64,000 nucleotides of DNA from the NCBI GenBank assembly GCA_951406725.2, contig CATOCA020000002.1:62001-126000 (forward strand), written 5' to 3'. The notes under the pieces were generated by a model. That model did no database searches, was not told the origin of the DNA, and worked only from the letters and a program-made list of their open reading frames with translations. Every line of letters begins with the position of its first letter. The first letter of the stretch is position 1. Below, in pieces: positions 63,606-64,000 of this stretch. The position numbers and the translations under genes were made by a program. This DNA comes from Octopus vulgaris. Its lineage: Eukaryota.

Positions 63606-64000
63606 CATATATACATATACATAAATATATATATATAAAACAAATATAAGGTCATCCACGTAATATTTTATATCTCGAACATTTAATCACATAATGCTTT
63701 TTCTTTCACATAGAATATACATGCATAAAGTCATGGAAGATGAAACACAACTCATCAATACAAGCATATAAGAAAAATATAAGAAAAATGTGTGAATACA
63801 GTCCATCGCGGTTAAAAGTTAATGATTAATACTTTAGCGACTAAAAAAAATATATATTTTTTAACATTACAACATCTAGAATAATAAATACATAAAAATA
63901 TAAATATATAGATATATAAAAAGATATAAAAATACATATATATAGGAAACATATAAATAAATAATATATAAGGTAAGATAAAAATTCATTGTTTAGAAAT

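Overview
AT-rich eukaryotic genomic DNA made almost entirely of (TA)n/(CA)n microsatellites and transposable-element debris. The SINE/LINE families look like those of octopod cephalopods; this is an inference from sequence style and was not checked against a database. No intact host gene could be supported, only weak exon candidates. Elements seen: tRNA-derived SINEs, RTE and CR1/L2-type LINE fragments, two Penelope-like (GIY-YIG) fragments, two Gypsy relics, a small non-autonomous LTR element with 5-bp TSD, PBS and PPT, Tc1/mariner elements (two DD37D maT copies), a Buster-type hAT relic, a Helitron cluster and a full-length degenerate L1/Tx1-type LINE. Main observation: several unrelated small repeats carry minimal hammerhead ribozyme (HHR) motifs. 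One ~345-bp tandem HHR repeat (retrozyme-like, 57003-63210) has a 5.2-kb Tx1-like LINE inserted into the 5' arm of the ribozyme's extended stem I with a 15-17 bp TSD, so the LINE is bracketed by two same-sense hammerheads. All alignments and folds were done by eye, and element boundaries are approximate unless a TSD or TIR is cited.
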